DNA from: Bacteroidales bacterium
Lineage (GTDB): Bacteria; Bacteroidota; Bacteroidia; Bacteroidales; CAIWKO01
Assembly (NCBI GenBank): GCA_035389045.1
Contig: DAOORA010000012.1
Span: 1 to 64,000, forward strand
Direction: 5' to 3'
Length of the DNA stretch: 64,000 nucleotides
Part shown: positions 1 to 10,512 of the stretch, one piece after another
Position numbering within the stretch: position 1 is the stretch's first letter
Layout: each line of letters opens with the position of its first letter
Notes under the pieces: model-generated
What the model was told of the DNA's origin: nothing
The model's database searches: none
What the model saw: the letters and a program-made list of their open reading frames with translations, nothing else
Translations under genes and position numbers: made by a program

Positions 1-96
1 ATGATCCTATGCTATAAAATCGCTGACAGGGGCAGGCGGGGAAGAAAATGGAGTTTTCGTTCAGACACTACTTACTGTTTGGCAATTATCGAAATC

Positions 97-288
97 ATGA
101 ACAAACTAAGACAGATATTTTTAACGATTACTTTCCTGAACATCCCAGTTTTTATAAACGAAGCCCTTGCCCAGGTACCGCCTCCCCACCCAGGAGACGA
201 GAACTCAGTGCCTGTTGACGGGCTTGGTCTTCTGGCTGCGCTTGGCATTGCATATGGGATAAATAAACTCAGGAAAAAGAAAAAATGA
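97..288 (+). CDS. Small secreted protein with PID-CTERM-type sorting signal
   Basis: In-frame ATG at 97 gives a signal-peptide-like N-terminus, a Pro-rich linker (VPPPHPG), then VPVDGLGLLAALGIAYG and a basic tail (KLRKKKK), the PID-CTERM pattern. The 1-96 extension in the ORF track looks non-coding. Confidence 0.75.
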   Translation: MNKLRQIFLTITFLNIPVFINEALAQVPPPHPGDENSVPVDGLGLLAALGIAYGINKLRKKKK

Positions 289-979
289 TTTGCCGGCCAA
301 CAAGTATTAAAAGGAAAGATTCACGCTTTTTCAAAAAATTGAGCCAAACAATACAATATTTTTCGGATCGTTTTCGAAATTGCAAATGCAGCATTATCGA
401 ACATTATTTCTAATGAGTTTATAAATGTACTTTTGAACTTTTTAACAATGATTATTGTATAAGAAGTCCGCACAACGATTAATTCCAGGAGATAAAAACC
501 TGTCTGTGTGGTATTGCGGATAGCCAATGAAACGTATCTTGCCGGTTGTCAAGAAAACAATAATTAAACTTCGGTATCATAGCAGACGTTGCCAGGCAAT
601 ATTAAAACGACATGTGAGAAATCAATTTTCAGGACTCACCCTGTCCCAATAAAAATGCCGTCCCAAAGAAAAAATGTTCACCTGCTCGTTATATCAAATA
701 AAAACCTACTTTCCTTGATCCGTCAATTTGTACAAAGGTAAAGCTCATAAAAGTATAGCTGCCGCAAGCCAATTTAAATTCACAGTATCCAGGTGATCAT
801 TATGTTTTATATTCCATAAAAAATATTTAAATTATTATTAATACGTTTGGTTTTTATCAAAATATTTGTTACTTTTATAGTTATAATTACTGATATTCAA
901 CAAATAAGCAATATTATATAATATATGTTTATTAAAAATTATCATGAAATAATTTGTATCATTATTAAATAATGTCACC

Positions 980-3900
980 ATGAAAAAGATCATCTTACTT
1001 ATTGTTTCAATGCTGGGATTCACAGCATATATTAATGCACAACCGGCTGGTTTATGGGGTATGACATATTCAGGAGGAAACGGAGGGGGAGTAATTTTTA
1101 AAACGGATAATAACGGAAATAATCTGCAAGTGGTATACAGTTTTATCAAAAATTCCGGTTCATCCCCGTCATATATACGATTGTGCGAAGCCGCCAACGG
1201 AAAGTTTTACGGAATGACCAACTTGGGAGGGGCTTTCGATATCGGAGTACTTTTTGAATATGACCCGGCAACAAATACATATACGAAAAAAATTGATTTC
1301 TCTAGTAACTACAACGGCAGATACCCAAAAGGCTCACTGATACTGGCCTCGAATGGGAAACTATACGGAATGACCTGCCAGGGTGGAGCAAACTATGATG
1401 GTGTTATGTTTGAATATGATCCGGCCACGGATACCTATACGAAGAAGTTTGATTTTTTAAACACGTCGAAAGGGTGTTACCCTTTTGGCTCGCTGATGCA
1501 GGCCTCTAACGGAAAACTATACGGCATGACATACAGCGGAGGAAGCAGCGGTTTCGGAGTCATGTTTGAGTATGACCTTACCACTAATACCTATACCAAA
1601 AAACATGATTTTACGGGCAACTCCGATGGAAAGAATCCTTACGGCTCTCTTATGGAAGCCTCTAACGGAAAGTTGTACGGCTTGACTTACAAAGGAGGAA
1701 GCAGCGATTACGGAATAATCTTTGAATTTGACCCTGCAACCAGCGCTTATACCATAAAACATGACCTTGCTGTTTCCGGCCTCGTCAATGGAATTTATCC
1801 CTATGGTGAAATGATACAGGCATCCAATGGTATGTTATACGGCATGACCCAGCGGGGCGGGGCCGGCGACCTGGGCGTTATTTTTGAATACAACCCTGCC
1901 ACCAATACCTATACCAAAAAAACTGATTTCACAGGCACACTTAATGGCTCCTATCCTTATGGATCGCTCATGCAGGCTGCCGGCGGGATGTTATACGGAA
2001 TGACCAGCCAGGGGGGAACCAACGGATATGGTGTACTATTTGAATATGATCCGGCTACCGGTACCTGTACAAAAAAAATTGATTTTCTGGGTACTTCCAA
2101 TGGAAGATCACCTCTCGGTTCACTGATGCAGGTGACTAACGGTACAATTTACGGAATGACAACCCAGGGAGGCGCCAGCAACTGCGGCGTTTTGTTTGAA
2201 TACAATCCTGCAACAAACACCTGTACAAAAAAAATTGAACTTAATGTTTTTCTGGATGGAGCATATCCTTATGGTCCGTTAATGAGCGCCTCCAACGGGA
2301 TGTTATACGGAATGGCCTGTAGCGGAGGCATCAACAATGCCGGGGTTTTGTTTGAATATAACCCGGTCACCTCAACCTATACCAAAAAAATTGATTTCGC
2401 GGGAACATCTAACGGGAGATACCCTTATGGCAGGTTGGTTCAGGCAAACAACGGCATGCTCTACGGGATGACCAACCAGGGAGGAAGCAATGATTGGGGG
2501 GTGCTGTTTGAATATAATCCTGTCACCAATATATTGACAAAAAAACTGGATTTTACAGGGACTTCAAACGGAAAAAGACCTATGGGCTCCATGATGAAAG
2601 CTTCCAACGGAAAACTATATGGCACAACCACTTATGGCGGAACAAACGATTTCGGTGTGCTGTTCGAATACGATCCTTCGACCAATACCTTTACAAAAAA
2701 ACATGATTTCACGGATATCCCCGATGGACGAAGCCCATACGGCAGCGATGTGATGCAGGCATCCAACGGGGTGCTTTATGGAACGACTTATTTGGGAGGA
2801 AGCGGCTACGGAATTATTTTTGAATATGATCCGTTGAACAGCACCTATACAAAAAAAATGGATTTTTCTGCCGCCGCCGATGGAAGAAATCCCTATGGCA
2901 CCCTGGTGCAGACCTCCGGCGGTTTGTTATACGGGATGACATGCAACGGAGGTGCCAGCAATTACGGCGTACTGTTTGAATATAACCCGACAAACAATAG
3001 TTATATAAAAAAATTGGATTTTGTGAGTTCTAACGGAAGGAATCCGCATGGTTCACTTCTGCTTGCGTCCAACGGGAAATTATACGGTGGAACCTACCAG
3101 GGAGGAACCATTGACGCAGGTGTACTTTTCGAATACAATACCACGGCGAGTGTCTACACCAAAAAACATGATTTTGACGGAATAACAGGAAGATATCCAT
3201 CCTATGGAAATCTCATTGAGATCATAACCAATTACTGGACCGGCACCGTAAGCAACAACTGGGACACACCCGGCAACTGGTCGTTGGGCGTGGTTCCAGG
3301 AAGTACTCTTGATGCTGAAATCCCCGATGTTGCTCCCAACCCCATGCCGGTAGTTAATTCATCAGGCGCTGCCTGCTGCCGTAATATTACCATAGATGCC
3401 AACGCTTCGGTCACCATAAACAGCGGCAAAGACCTTACGGTATCCGGAAACTGGACCAACAATGGCGACAGCCTCACAGGCATCGGAACCGTTTGTTTTA
3501 CAAGTAGTTACACTCAGAAAATAAACGGCCTCACCGTCTTTGGAAATCTCATAATAAACAATTCAGGCGGAGTGACATTAGATAGTCCTGTACAGGTGAC
3601 CGGGGTGCTGACCCCCTCACTGGGAACCCTAAGCACCAATGGCAACCTCACACTGGTTTCAACCGCAGCGCAAACAGCATTGATAGCAGGTACCGGATAC
3701 GGGGCGGTGACAGGAGATGTCACCATGCAGCGCTATATGCCGGACAAACTCGGGTATCATTATTATTCCTCTCCGTTCAGCAATGCACCCGTCAGCGGGT
3801 TCACCGATGAGCTGGGAACCATAATTTCTGCATATCCTTATGTGGGATATGATACGACACATACAGTGACCCCGTTTCCAAATTTCTATGTATACGACGA

Positions 3901-5065
3901 AACCTATGCACAGCCTACCATTTCCATCGGTTGGGATGCTGCTTCTGCAACACTGGAGCCCATGAGAGGATATTGTATTAATTTTGGCGGTACCACAGGC
4001 GCTTTCACCACTGATATATCCGGAACAGTTAACACCGGAGCCATCAATTACAATGTAACAAACACTCCTTCAGGCAATGCCTGGGCTGATGGATGGAACC
4101 TGGTGGGCAACCCCTACCCTTCACCCATTGACTGGCAGGCGCCCTTAGGATGGACAAAGACAAATGTATACGACGGCATCTATTACTTTGAAGCAAACAC
4201 ACAATATTCAGGCACCTATAGATCATTTGTCAATGGATACGGAACAAATGGAGCAACAGGTATCATTCCTTCGATGCAGGGATTCTTTGTAAAAGCCACT
4301 GCCGGAGGAACACTGGGTGTAACGAATGATGTGAGGGTAAATTCTCAGCCACTGTTCTTTAAGTCGACCATAACTTCTGATCCAATACTGAGACTTAAGG
4401 GATATCCTGCTCAAAACAGCGCTCACGCTGATGAAACCGTCGTTTATTTCGATTCATTGGCCTCTTTTATGTTTGATGGGAATTATGACGCCTATAAAAT
4501 GATGAATAACGACCCTGCCTACCCCAATATTTATACAAGCGACAGTTCCCAGTCGGCTTTATCCATAAACGCACTGCCGCCGCTTTCAAACACCGATGTG
4601 ATTATTCCCCTGGGATTTATTACTAAAACCAGTGGTAACTTCACCATAGAGGCCACCGAGCTACTCAACTTCGACCCGTTATGGCATATTTATCTTGAAG
4701 ACAATCAGACAACAGTCATGCAGGACCTGACAGTAAACCCCCTATATACATTCTCCACTGTGGCAAACGCTCCGCAATACAGATTTTTCATCAGGTTCTC
4801 TCCCACTGTCATCACAGATATTGCTGAGCAAGGCAATTCATTTGCGGATACATGGTCGTCGGGCAAAAACATATATATCAGGTACAGCAGCACGAACATG
4901 CAACATGCTGTGATATCAATATTCAACATGCTCGGGCAAAAAATCATAAATGCTCAGCAGACTGTATCAGGTACTTCCTGTTACCCCATCGAAAAACCAG
5001 GATGTTACATTGTACATGTAACTGACGGGAATACCATTTTCCAGAAAAAAGTGATACTATTTTAG
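980..5065 (+). CDS. GloVer (Gloeo_Verruco)-type tandem-repeat surface protein with T9SS type A C-terminal domain
   Basis: Signal peptide; 14 copies of a ~53-aa GxxPxGxLxxxxNGxLYGMTxxGGxxxxGVLFEY repeat; WNLVGNPYPS module; C-terminal IFNMLGQ...GCYIV...KKVIL CTD. Confidence 0.85.
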   Translation: MKKIILLIVSMLGFTAYINAQPAGLWGMTYSGGNGGGVIFKTDNNGNNLQVVYSFIKNSGSSPSYIRLCEAANGKFYGMTNLGGAFDIGVLFEYDPATNTYTKKIDFSSNYNGRYPKGSLILASNGKLYGMTCQGGANYDGVMFEYDPATDTYTKKFDFLNTSKGCYPFGSLMQASNGKLYGMTYSGGSSGFGVMFEYDLTTNTYTKKHDFTGNSDGKNPYGSLMEASNGKLYGLTYKGGSSDYGIIFEFDPATSAYTIKHDLAVSGLVNGIYPYGEMIQASNGMLYGMTQRGGAGDLGVIFEYNPATNTYTKKTDFTGTLNGSYPYGSLMQAAGGMLYGMTSQGGTNGYGVLFEYDPATGTCTKKIDFLGTSNGRSPLGSLMQVTNGTIYGMTTQGGASNCGVLFEYNPATNTCTKKIELNVFLDGAYPYGPLMSASNGMLYGMACSGGINNAGVLFEYNPVTSTYTKKIDFAGTSNGRYPYGRLVQANNGMLYGMTNQGGSNDWGVLFEYNPVTNILTKKLDFTGTSNGKRPMGSMMKASNGKLYGTTTYGGTNDFGVLFEYDPSTNTFTKKHDFTDIPDGRSPYGSDVMQASNGVLYGTTYLGGSGYGIIFEYDPLNSTYTKKMDFSAAADGRNPYGTLVQTSGGLLYGMTCNGGASNYGVLFEYNPTNNSYIKKLDFVSSNGRNPHGSLLLASNGKLYGGTYQGGTIDAGVLFEYNTTASVYTKKHDFDGITGRYPSYGNLIEIITNYWTGTVSNNWDTPGNWSLGVVPGSTLDAEIPDVAPNPMPVVNSSGAACCRNITIDANASVTINSGKDLTVSGNWTNNGDSLTGIGTVCFTSSYTQKINGLTVFGNLIINNSGGVTLDSPVQVTGVLTPSLGTLSTNGNLTLVSTAAQTALIAGTGYGAVTGDVTMQRYMPDKLGYHYYSSPFSNAPVSGFTDELGTIISAYPYVGYDTTHTVTPFPNFYVYDETYAQPTISIGWDAASATLEPMRGYCINFGGTTGAFTTDISGTVNTGAINYNVTNTPSGNAWADGWNLVGNPYPSPIDWQAPLGWTKTNVYDGIYYFEANTQYSGTYRSFVNGYGTNGATGIIPSMQGFFVKATAGGTLGVTNDVRVNSQPLFFKSTITSDPILRLKGYPAQNSAHADETVVYFDSLASFMFDGNYDAYKMMNNDPAYPNIYTSDSSQSALSINALPPLSNTDVIIPLGFITKTSGNFTIEATELLNFDPLWHIYLEDNQTTVMQDLTVNPLYTFSTVANAPQYRFFIRFSPTVITDIAEQGNSFADTWSSGKNIYIRYSSTNMQHAVISIFNMLGQKIINAQQTVSGTSCYPIEKPGCYIVHVTDGNTIFQKKVILF
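1049..3215 (+). repeat. 14 intragenic ~156-162 bp tandem repeats (GloVer units)
   Basis: 14 (L/F/I)(Y/W)GxT/A motifs counted in the translation; TTTGAATAY and ACxAAAAAA recur in the DNA. Ends approximate. Confidence 0.85.
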
Positions 5066-5173
5066 GCAGGCCACACAAGCAAAATTAGTATGCACATACG
5101 CTTATTTGGTTGGTGATATAACAATCCGTCGGCAAAAAAGGCAAAGAACAAGCGCCTCAGACAGACAATGTTC

Positions 5174-5641
5174 TCACCTGCCTGGTTTTCTGTAGTTTTC
5201 GAGCATCAGTACCATTTTTACGATCCTGCGTTTGCGTGTTTCGTCTTTTTTGGCATCATTGATCCATTCTGTTATCTCCTTCTTATGTGAATAAGAAAAA
5301 TGGGTAAATGTGGCAAGGGCTTCAGGGCTTTGCATAAGCGCATCCGTTATATCCCCGGGGACATCCACTATGCGTGGCTGAAGGTCTTCTTCAAATTCGA
5401 TATGAACGAAATCGCCTGCCGTTTTGCCTGCCTTGCGTTGTATTGGCAGGCTGACAAATAAAAAATATGTTCCGTCGCCCTTAGGCAGCAACGAAGTGCG
5501 AAAATTCTGAGCATCAATAGTTCCGGCAACTTTTATTCTTCCATTTTTCCTGAAATTACAACTCACTACCACGGGTATATCCACATAGATCCATCCGTTA
5601 AATCCTGAACCTTTCTTTAATTGAGCCTCAAACTGATACAT
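5174..5641 (-). CDS. YdeI/OmpD-associated family protein (DUF1905 + OmdA-like)
   Basis: GRIKVAGTID...LLPKGDG N-domain and VPGDITDAL...FSYSHKKEITEWINDAKKDETRKRRI C-domain. Confidence 0.85.
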   Translation of the reverse strand: MYQFEAQLKKGSGFNGWIYVDIPVVVSCNFRKNGRIKVAGTIDAQNFRTSLLPKGDGTYFLFVSLPIQRKAGKTAGDFVHIEFEEDLQPRIVDVPGDITDALMQSPEALATFTHFSYSHKKEITEWINDAKKDETRKRRIVKMVLMLENYRKPGR

Positions 5642-5703
5642 AGTTTCCCACCTTAAATAAAAGTATTTTAATCAGATACTGATATTCCGACAGGCTAATT
5701 TAC

Positions 5704-5711
5704 TATATTTG
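5704..5711 (+). promoter_or_regulatory. Bacteroidota -7 promoter box for rocD
   Basis: TATATTTG matches TAnnTTTG, about 30 nt before the ATG. Confidence 0.6.
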
Positions 5712-5742
5712 CCACAGATTATTATCATCAAAACCAAAATAT

Positions 5743-6978
5743 ATGGAAGAAACATTAAAAACAAACACGGCTACTCAGGCTGCCATAGAACTTGAAGAAA
5801 AGTATGGCGCACACAATTATCATCCGCTGCCCGTTGTTTTATGCAAGGGCGAAGGAGTTTTTTTATGGGATGTGGAAGGAAAGAAATATTTCGATTTTCT
5901 TTCGGCCTATTCCGCTGTGAACCAGGGACACTGCCATCCTAAGATCATCAATGCCATGATAGAACAGGCCAGAACCCTCACGCTGACTTCGCGCGCTTTT
6001 TACAACGATTGCTTAGGCCCTTATGAAAAGTATATCACTGAATTTTTCGGTTATGATAAAGTTTTGCCGATGAATTCCGGGGCTGAAGGCGACGAAACTG
6101 CACTGAAACTTTGCCGTAAATGGGCTTACAAGGTGAAAGGCATACCCGAAAACCAGGCTAAGATCATCTGCTGCGAAAACAATTTCCACGGCAGGACCAT
6201 CACGGTAATCTCCATGTCTACCGATCCCGACGCCACTAAAGATTTTGGCCCGTTTACACCGGGTTTTATTAAGATACCTTATAATGACCTGTCCGCACTG
6301 GAAAAGGAGCTGGAAGACCCCAATGTTGCCGGTTTTCTGGTTGAGCCCATACAGGGCGAAGCCGGAGTTTTTGTGCCGGACGAAGGTTATCTGGCAAAAG
6401 CGTATAGCTTATGCAAAGCGAAAAATGTGTTGTTCATCGCCGACGAGGTGCAGACAGGCATTGCCCGCACAGGAAAGATGTTGTGCTGTGACCACGAAAA
6501 TGTAAAGGCTGACATCCTTATTCTTGGTAAGGCCTTATCCGGTGGTGTTTTTCCGATCTCTGCCGTGCTGGCCAACGATGATATCATGCTGACCATTAAA
6601 CCCGGAGAACACGGTTCGACATTCGGCGGAAATCCTCTGGCTGCAAAAATAGCTGTTGCAGCCCTCCAGGTCGTAAAAGATGAAAACCTCTGCGAACACG
6701 CCGAACGGCTTGGCAAAATATTCCGAGAAGAAATCAGGAAGATTGATTCGGATATGATAGAACTGGTACGTGGCAAGGGCTTGCTGAATGCGGTAATCAT
6801 TAAACCCAAGAACGGCAAAGAAGCGTGGGATGTCTGCCTGAAGATGCGTGATAACGGTCTGCTGGCAAAACCCACACACGGCCACATCATCCGTTTTGCC
6901 CCGCCTTTGGTTATTACCGAGGAACAGGTCTATGAAGCTGTAGAAATCATCAGGAAGTCGATACTCTCGTTCAATTGA
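5743..6978 (+). CDS. rocD: Ornithine--oxo-acid aminotransferase
   Basis: [61 protein letters not shown]. Confidence 0.95.
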   Translation: MEETLKTNTATQAAIELEEKYGAHNYHPLPVVLCKGEGVFLWDVEGKKYFDFLSAYSAVNQGHCHPKIINAMIEQARTLTLTSRAFYNDCLGPYEKYITEFFGYDKVLPMNSGAEGDETALKLCRKWAYKVKGIPENQAKIICCENNFHGRTITVISMSTDPDATKDFGPFTPGFIKIPYNDLSALEKELEDPNVAGFLVEPIQGEAGVFVPDEGYLAKAYSLCKAKNVLFIADEVQTGIARTGKMLCCDHENVKADILILGKALSGGVFPISAVLANDDIMLTIKPGEHGSTFGGNPLAAKIAVAALQVVKDENLCEHAERLGKIFREEIRKIDSDMIELVRGKGLLNAVIIKPKNGKEAWDVCLKMRDNGLLAKPTHGHIIRFAPPLVITEEQVYEAVEIIRKSILSFN

Positions 6979-7228
6979 AAAGCAGACTGTCCTCAAAGTT
7001 AAATTCTGTATTAAAAGATGAATGCCGGACAACACAAGTCGATTTTTCAGTAATATTTTAACCTGATCAATATGTTTCCCCATACCCTCTCTAAAATATC
7101 TGAGCAGGTATGGGGAAATAGTTTTTGGTTTGATAATAAGCCTGTTTTCTCTTTTTGTTAAGGTTTTCATACCGCATGATTATGCAGATAGAGTTTGCAG
7201 GAAAGCCCGTGATTGAAAAAAATTTGTC

Positions 7229-8107
7229 TCAACAAAAAATTCTGAGCAGTGTTTCAACCTCATCCGACCTGATATCGTTACCGGATGATTTGTAAACCTC
7301 ATGCAATTCCTGCAACATCCTCTTTATGATAATGATATTGGAACAAGGTCTGTAAAAGGAATACTGCGGTTCTATCTTACGTTGTTTCAGAAATAAATCA
7401 ATCTCGTGCCGGGTAAAAAAGGCTCCTTTGCTTGCTGGATTGATATAAAACAAGACTTCCGCCTCGGATAAAGGCAGCCCATGGATACGGGTATGCTCGT
7501 CCATATAGGCAAGTATAAAATTGCCGGGAAGGTTGACACCGTATACAGGTAATTCGGCAAGCCCGGATAAGATCAGCTGAACAAGTGCCAGTGACAGATG
7601 ATTACCGGTGTGGGTGTCGATCACATTATTGATGAAGTAACTGAGCGGAGTGTTGAACTCCGAACGGTCTGTTTCAAATTTATTCTCGGTGTATAAAATC
7701 CTGTTCACGACACCTGCTTTTTCAAAAGCCGTCAGATGCGGGTTAAGCTCAAGCCAGATATCCTGTTTTATCCGTTCAAGGTTTTTTTTTACCTTCTGCT
7801 CATCAAGGTTGGGATATTGATATTTACTCACCAGGATATAGCCCATTAAAAGGTTGGTTCCGCCCAGACTGTACCAGTTATTGAGTTCTTCAAGCAAATT
7901 TTCAAATTGTAACTTGTGGATTAATACCTCAATACGATGCTGGGCCAGTGGCTGCAGGTTGTTTTCCCAGGCTTTTTCCAGGTAGGGAACAGCGGTTTTT
8001 TTATAGGTCAGTATCCTGTCGCGGATCTGCCGGTAAATCGTTTCATCAGGTTCATCGATGAGATTAACCAGTGCCTCCAGTTCTTTATGTATTTCAGGTG
8101 TTTCCAT
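7229..8107 (-). CDS. Transglutaminase-like / SirB1 family protein
   Basis: GN.LSLALV...LPVYGVNLPGNFIL...FYINP.SKG pattern typical of SirB1-like proteins. Confidence 0.75.
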   Translation of the reverse strand: METPEIHKELEALVNLIDEPDETIYRQIRDRILTYKKTAVPYLEKAWENNLQPLAQHRIEVLIHKLQFENLLEELNNWYSLGGTNLLMGYILVSKYQYPNLDEQKVKKNLERIKQDIWLELNPHLTAFEKAGVVNRILYTENKFETDRSEFNTPLSYFINNVIDTHTGNHLSLALVQLILSGLAELPVYGVNLPGNFILAYMDEHTRIHGLPLSEAEVLFYINPASKGAFFTRHEIDLFLKQRKIEPQYSFYRPCSNIIIIKRMLQELHEVYKSSGNDIRSDEVETLLRIFC

Positions 8108-8197
8108 TTACAGCCGCTGCGACATTCACTTGAACCTTTATATAAAACAAAAAAGCAAGATTACGCCATCTTGCTTTTCAAAAACTTTTCAATTTAT

Positions 8198-9319
8198 TTA
8201 CTGATTCAGCATTACCGGCATCACCAGCATGAGAATATCCTCCCCTTCGTTTTTAATCACAGGGAAGAGAAGCGCCGCGCGGTTGGAAGCCGACATTTCG
8301 ATACAAATCTCTTCTGTGTCAAGGTTGTTGATCATTTCAAGAATAAACTTTGAATTGAAACCGATGTCAATATCATCGCCGGCATAGTTACAGCTCAGCC
8401 GTTCCTTTGCTTCGTTGGATAATTCCGCATCTTCAGCCGACAGTATCAGTTCCTGTCCGGTGATTGAAAAACGTATCTGGCGTGTAAGCTGGTTGGAAAA
8501 GATGGAAACACGTTTGATGGAGGTTAGGATCTGCTGACGGTTGATGGTAAGTTTTTTATTATTATTGGCCGGGATAACAGCTTCATAATTAGGATATTTA
8601 CCATCAATCAGCCGGCATATCATACGTATATTTTCAAATTCAAAGAGTGCGTTGGTATTGTTATATTCAATCTTCACAGGTACATCCAGCGAACTCAGGA
8701 TATTTTTGATCAGGTTAAGCGGTTTTTTAGGCAGAACAAATGAACCCGGTTCACTGGAGCCGGCGTCGGTACGCCGGTACCTGACCAGTTTATGTGCATC
8801 GGTAGCCACAAAGGTGATATCTTTGTCAGACAACTGGCAGAACACTCCCGTCATTACAATCCTCATTTCATCATTACCTGTGGCAAACAATGTTTTATTA
8901 AATGCATTCACTAACACCTGTGAATCCAGAGAGATGCTGGTGCCGTTATCCACCACTGGAGACTGAGGATAGACATCTCCGTTAAAGCCTGTCAGTTTAT
9001 ACTTTCCTTCTCCTGCAGAAATTTCTATCTGAAACGTTTCGTTATTAATGGTAAATGACATAGGGACATCAGGAAAAGTCTTAAGAATATCAATAAGATA
9101 ACGGGCAGGAACCGCAATAATACCATCATTTTCAGCCATAGTCACTGGAATAACAACCGTAATGGTAGTTTCAAGGTCAGAAGCCGTGACACTGAGTTTT
9201 TCATCAGTAAGATCGAAAAGAAAATTGTCGAGAATCGGAAGTGTGTTGCTGGAAGTAAGTACGCCGCTGATCGCCTGCAGGTTCTTTAATAGTACGGATG
9301 TTGATACGATAAATTTCAT
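8198..9319 (-). CDS. dnaN: DNA polymerase III beta clamp
   Basis: MKFIVS, LPILDNFL, ASDLE, VATDAHKL, GKYPNYEAVIP, IGFNSKF, LVMPV; start taken at ATG 9319. Confidence 0.97.
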   Translation of the reverse strand: MKFIVSTSVLLKNLQAISGVLTSSNTLPILDNFLFDLTDEKLSVTASDLETTITVVIPVTMAENDGIIAVPARYLIDILKTFPDVPMSFTINNETFQIEISAGEGKYKLTGFNGDVYPQSPVVDNGTSISLDSQVLVNAFNKTLFATGNDEMRIVMTGVFCQLSDKDITFVATDAHKLVRYRRTDAGSSEPGSFVLPKKPLNLIKNILSSLDVPVKIEYNNTNALFEFENIRMICRLIDGKYPNYEAVIPANNNKKLTINRQQILTSIKRVSIFSNQLTRQIRFSITGQELILSAEDAELSNEAKERLSCNYAGDDIDIGFNSKFILEMINNLDTEEICIEMSASNRAALLFPVIKNEGEDILMLVMPVMLNQ

Positions 9320-9367
9320 ATAGCTCAAATTTTTACTTTATTATCAAAATGATGGTTAATTGAATGA

Positions 9368-9375
9368 CAAAAATA
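9368..9375 (-). promoter_or_regulatory. Bacteroidota -7 promoter box for dnaN
   Basis: Minus-strand TATTTTTG about 50 nt before the dnaN ATG. Confidence 0.5.
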
Positions 9376-9420
9376 TAAAAAAAATTGATTGTTCTGATTT
9401 TTTTTGTTTTAATATCTAAC

Positions 9421-10512
9421 TTATTGATTTTGTGGCTTACTATTCAAATAATAATCGAGCGGTTTAAAAATATCACTAAATACATAAAACTGTATCAGGG
9501 TAAGATCTTTTTTATCGTTAATCAGTGCATACAGACGGTCGCGGTCGTAAATCACCGGCTTACCTTCCTGATCAATTTCATCGGGCGCAGCTTTGCGCAA
9601 AAAGGTTGTTACATTGTATATATTCCCGTCGGTATTTTCAACATCTATGATAATATATGGAGGTGAAGATACAATGGAATCTTTTTTCAGTGGTTCCATA
9701 TCGTTCAGCAAGGCTTCAAACCTGACATCTTCAAAGGAAGAGAAAAGCTCCATCAGTTTGACGGTATCATAGTTCATAACGGATTTATTGCTGTCAAGGG
9801 ATGTTATATGAAAATTTTTCTGGGATGTCTTGACTGCCTTAAAAGATTGTCCGTGATCGTCCTGTATTTGCACACGCACTGATTTCACCACAGGATATTT
9901 TAAGTTGAATATGGTATGGTCGCGCCAGTCCTTGATCAGCGGGCTGTACCTCGTGGTAAGAAAACCCCTGAATCCGAAAATATGAGTAATATAAGGAGTA
10001 TCAGCACCTTCGATCAGCATATACGTGCCCATATTATTCTGAGTTGCACAGCCTACATAATAGGTTTTAGTCAGTTTTTCATGCGGAAAAAGCTTGATCT
10101 TGTCAAACAGGCTGATACGGTATACTTTCTGGTATATCTCCACCTTGGTGGAATTAGTGGCAAGCAGTTTGACCACCTGTTCCCTTCCCGCTTTGGATAC
10201 AGGTTCTTTGACTTCAACGCTCATAAGTGTTTTAAGCAGCATGGTGATCGCATCCTTAGAAGCAGTGTATTCATTATTTATACTCCATTTTGACGGACCT
10301 GTCCTGAGCAGGGTAATTGTATTGTTATCTTTATCAGCCAGAAAAACCTTAGTGACAGACGCAGTATCATCCACGGCAAAATCACTGTATTTCTCATTCA
10401 GAGTGTTCATACGGTTTTTCACCAAAAATAACAGTGCTGTTATCACAGCCAGTATGATGACCAAAACAATTGCGATACGGTTTTTTTTCATGTTTGAATA
10501 CAGAATTTGCAT
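9421..10512 (-). CDS. DUF4340-like membrane-anchored protein (alternative start 10491)
   Basis: N-terminal TM helix, GFRGFLTTRY...DWRD motif, position after gldF-gldG. Confidence 0.7.
   Translation of the reverse strand: MQILYSNMKKNRIAIVLVIILAVITALLFLVKNRMNTLNEKYSDFAVDDTASVTKVFLADKDNNTITLLRTGPSKWSINNEYTASKDAITMLLKTLMSVEVKEPVSKAGREQVVKLLATNSTKVEIYQKVYRISLFDKIKLFPHEKLTKTYYVGCATQNNMGTYMLIEGADTPYITHIFGFRGFLTTRYSPLIKDWRDHTIFNLKYPVVKSVRVQIQDDHGQSFKAVKTSQKNFHITSLDSNKSVMNYDTVKLMELFSSFEDVRFEALLNDMEPLKKDSIVSSPPYIIIDVENTDGNIYNVTTFLRKAAPDEIDQEGKPVIYDRDRLYALINDKKDLTLIQFYVFSDIFKPLDYYLNSKPQNQ

Noticed and set aside
321..527. 68-aa minus-strand ORF
   Set aside because: No motif or supporting context; lies in AT-rich spacer sequence.
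6535..7170. 211-aa minus-strand ORF
   Set aside because: Mostly antisense to rocD with no recognisable domain; a small gene in 6980-7170 cannot be excluded.
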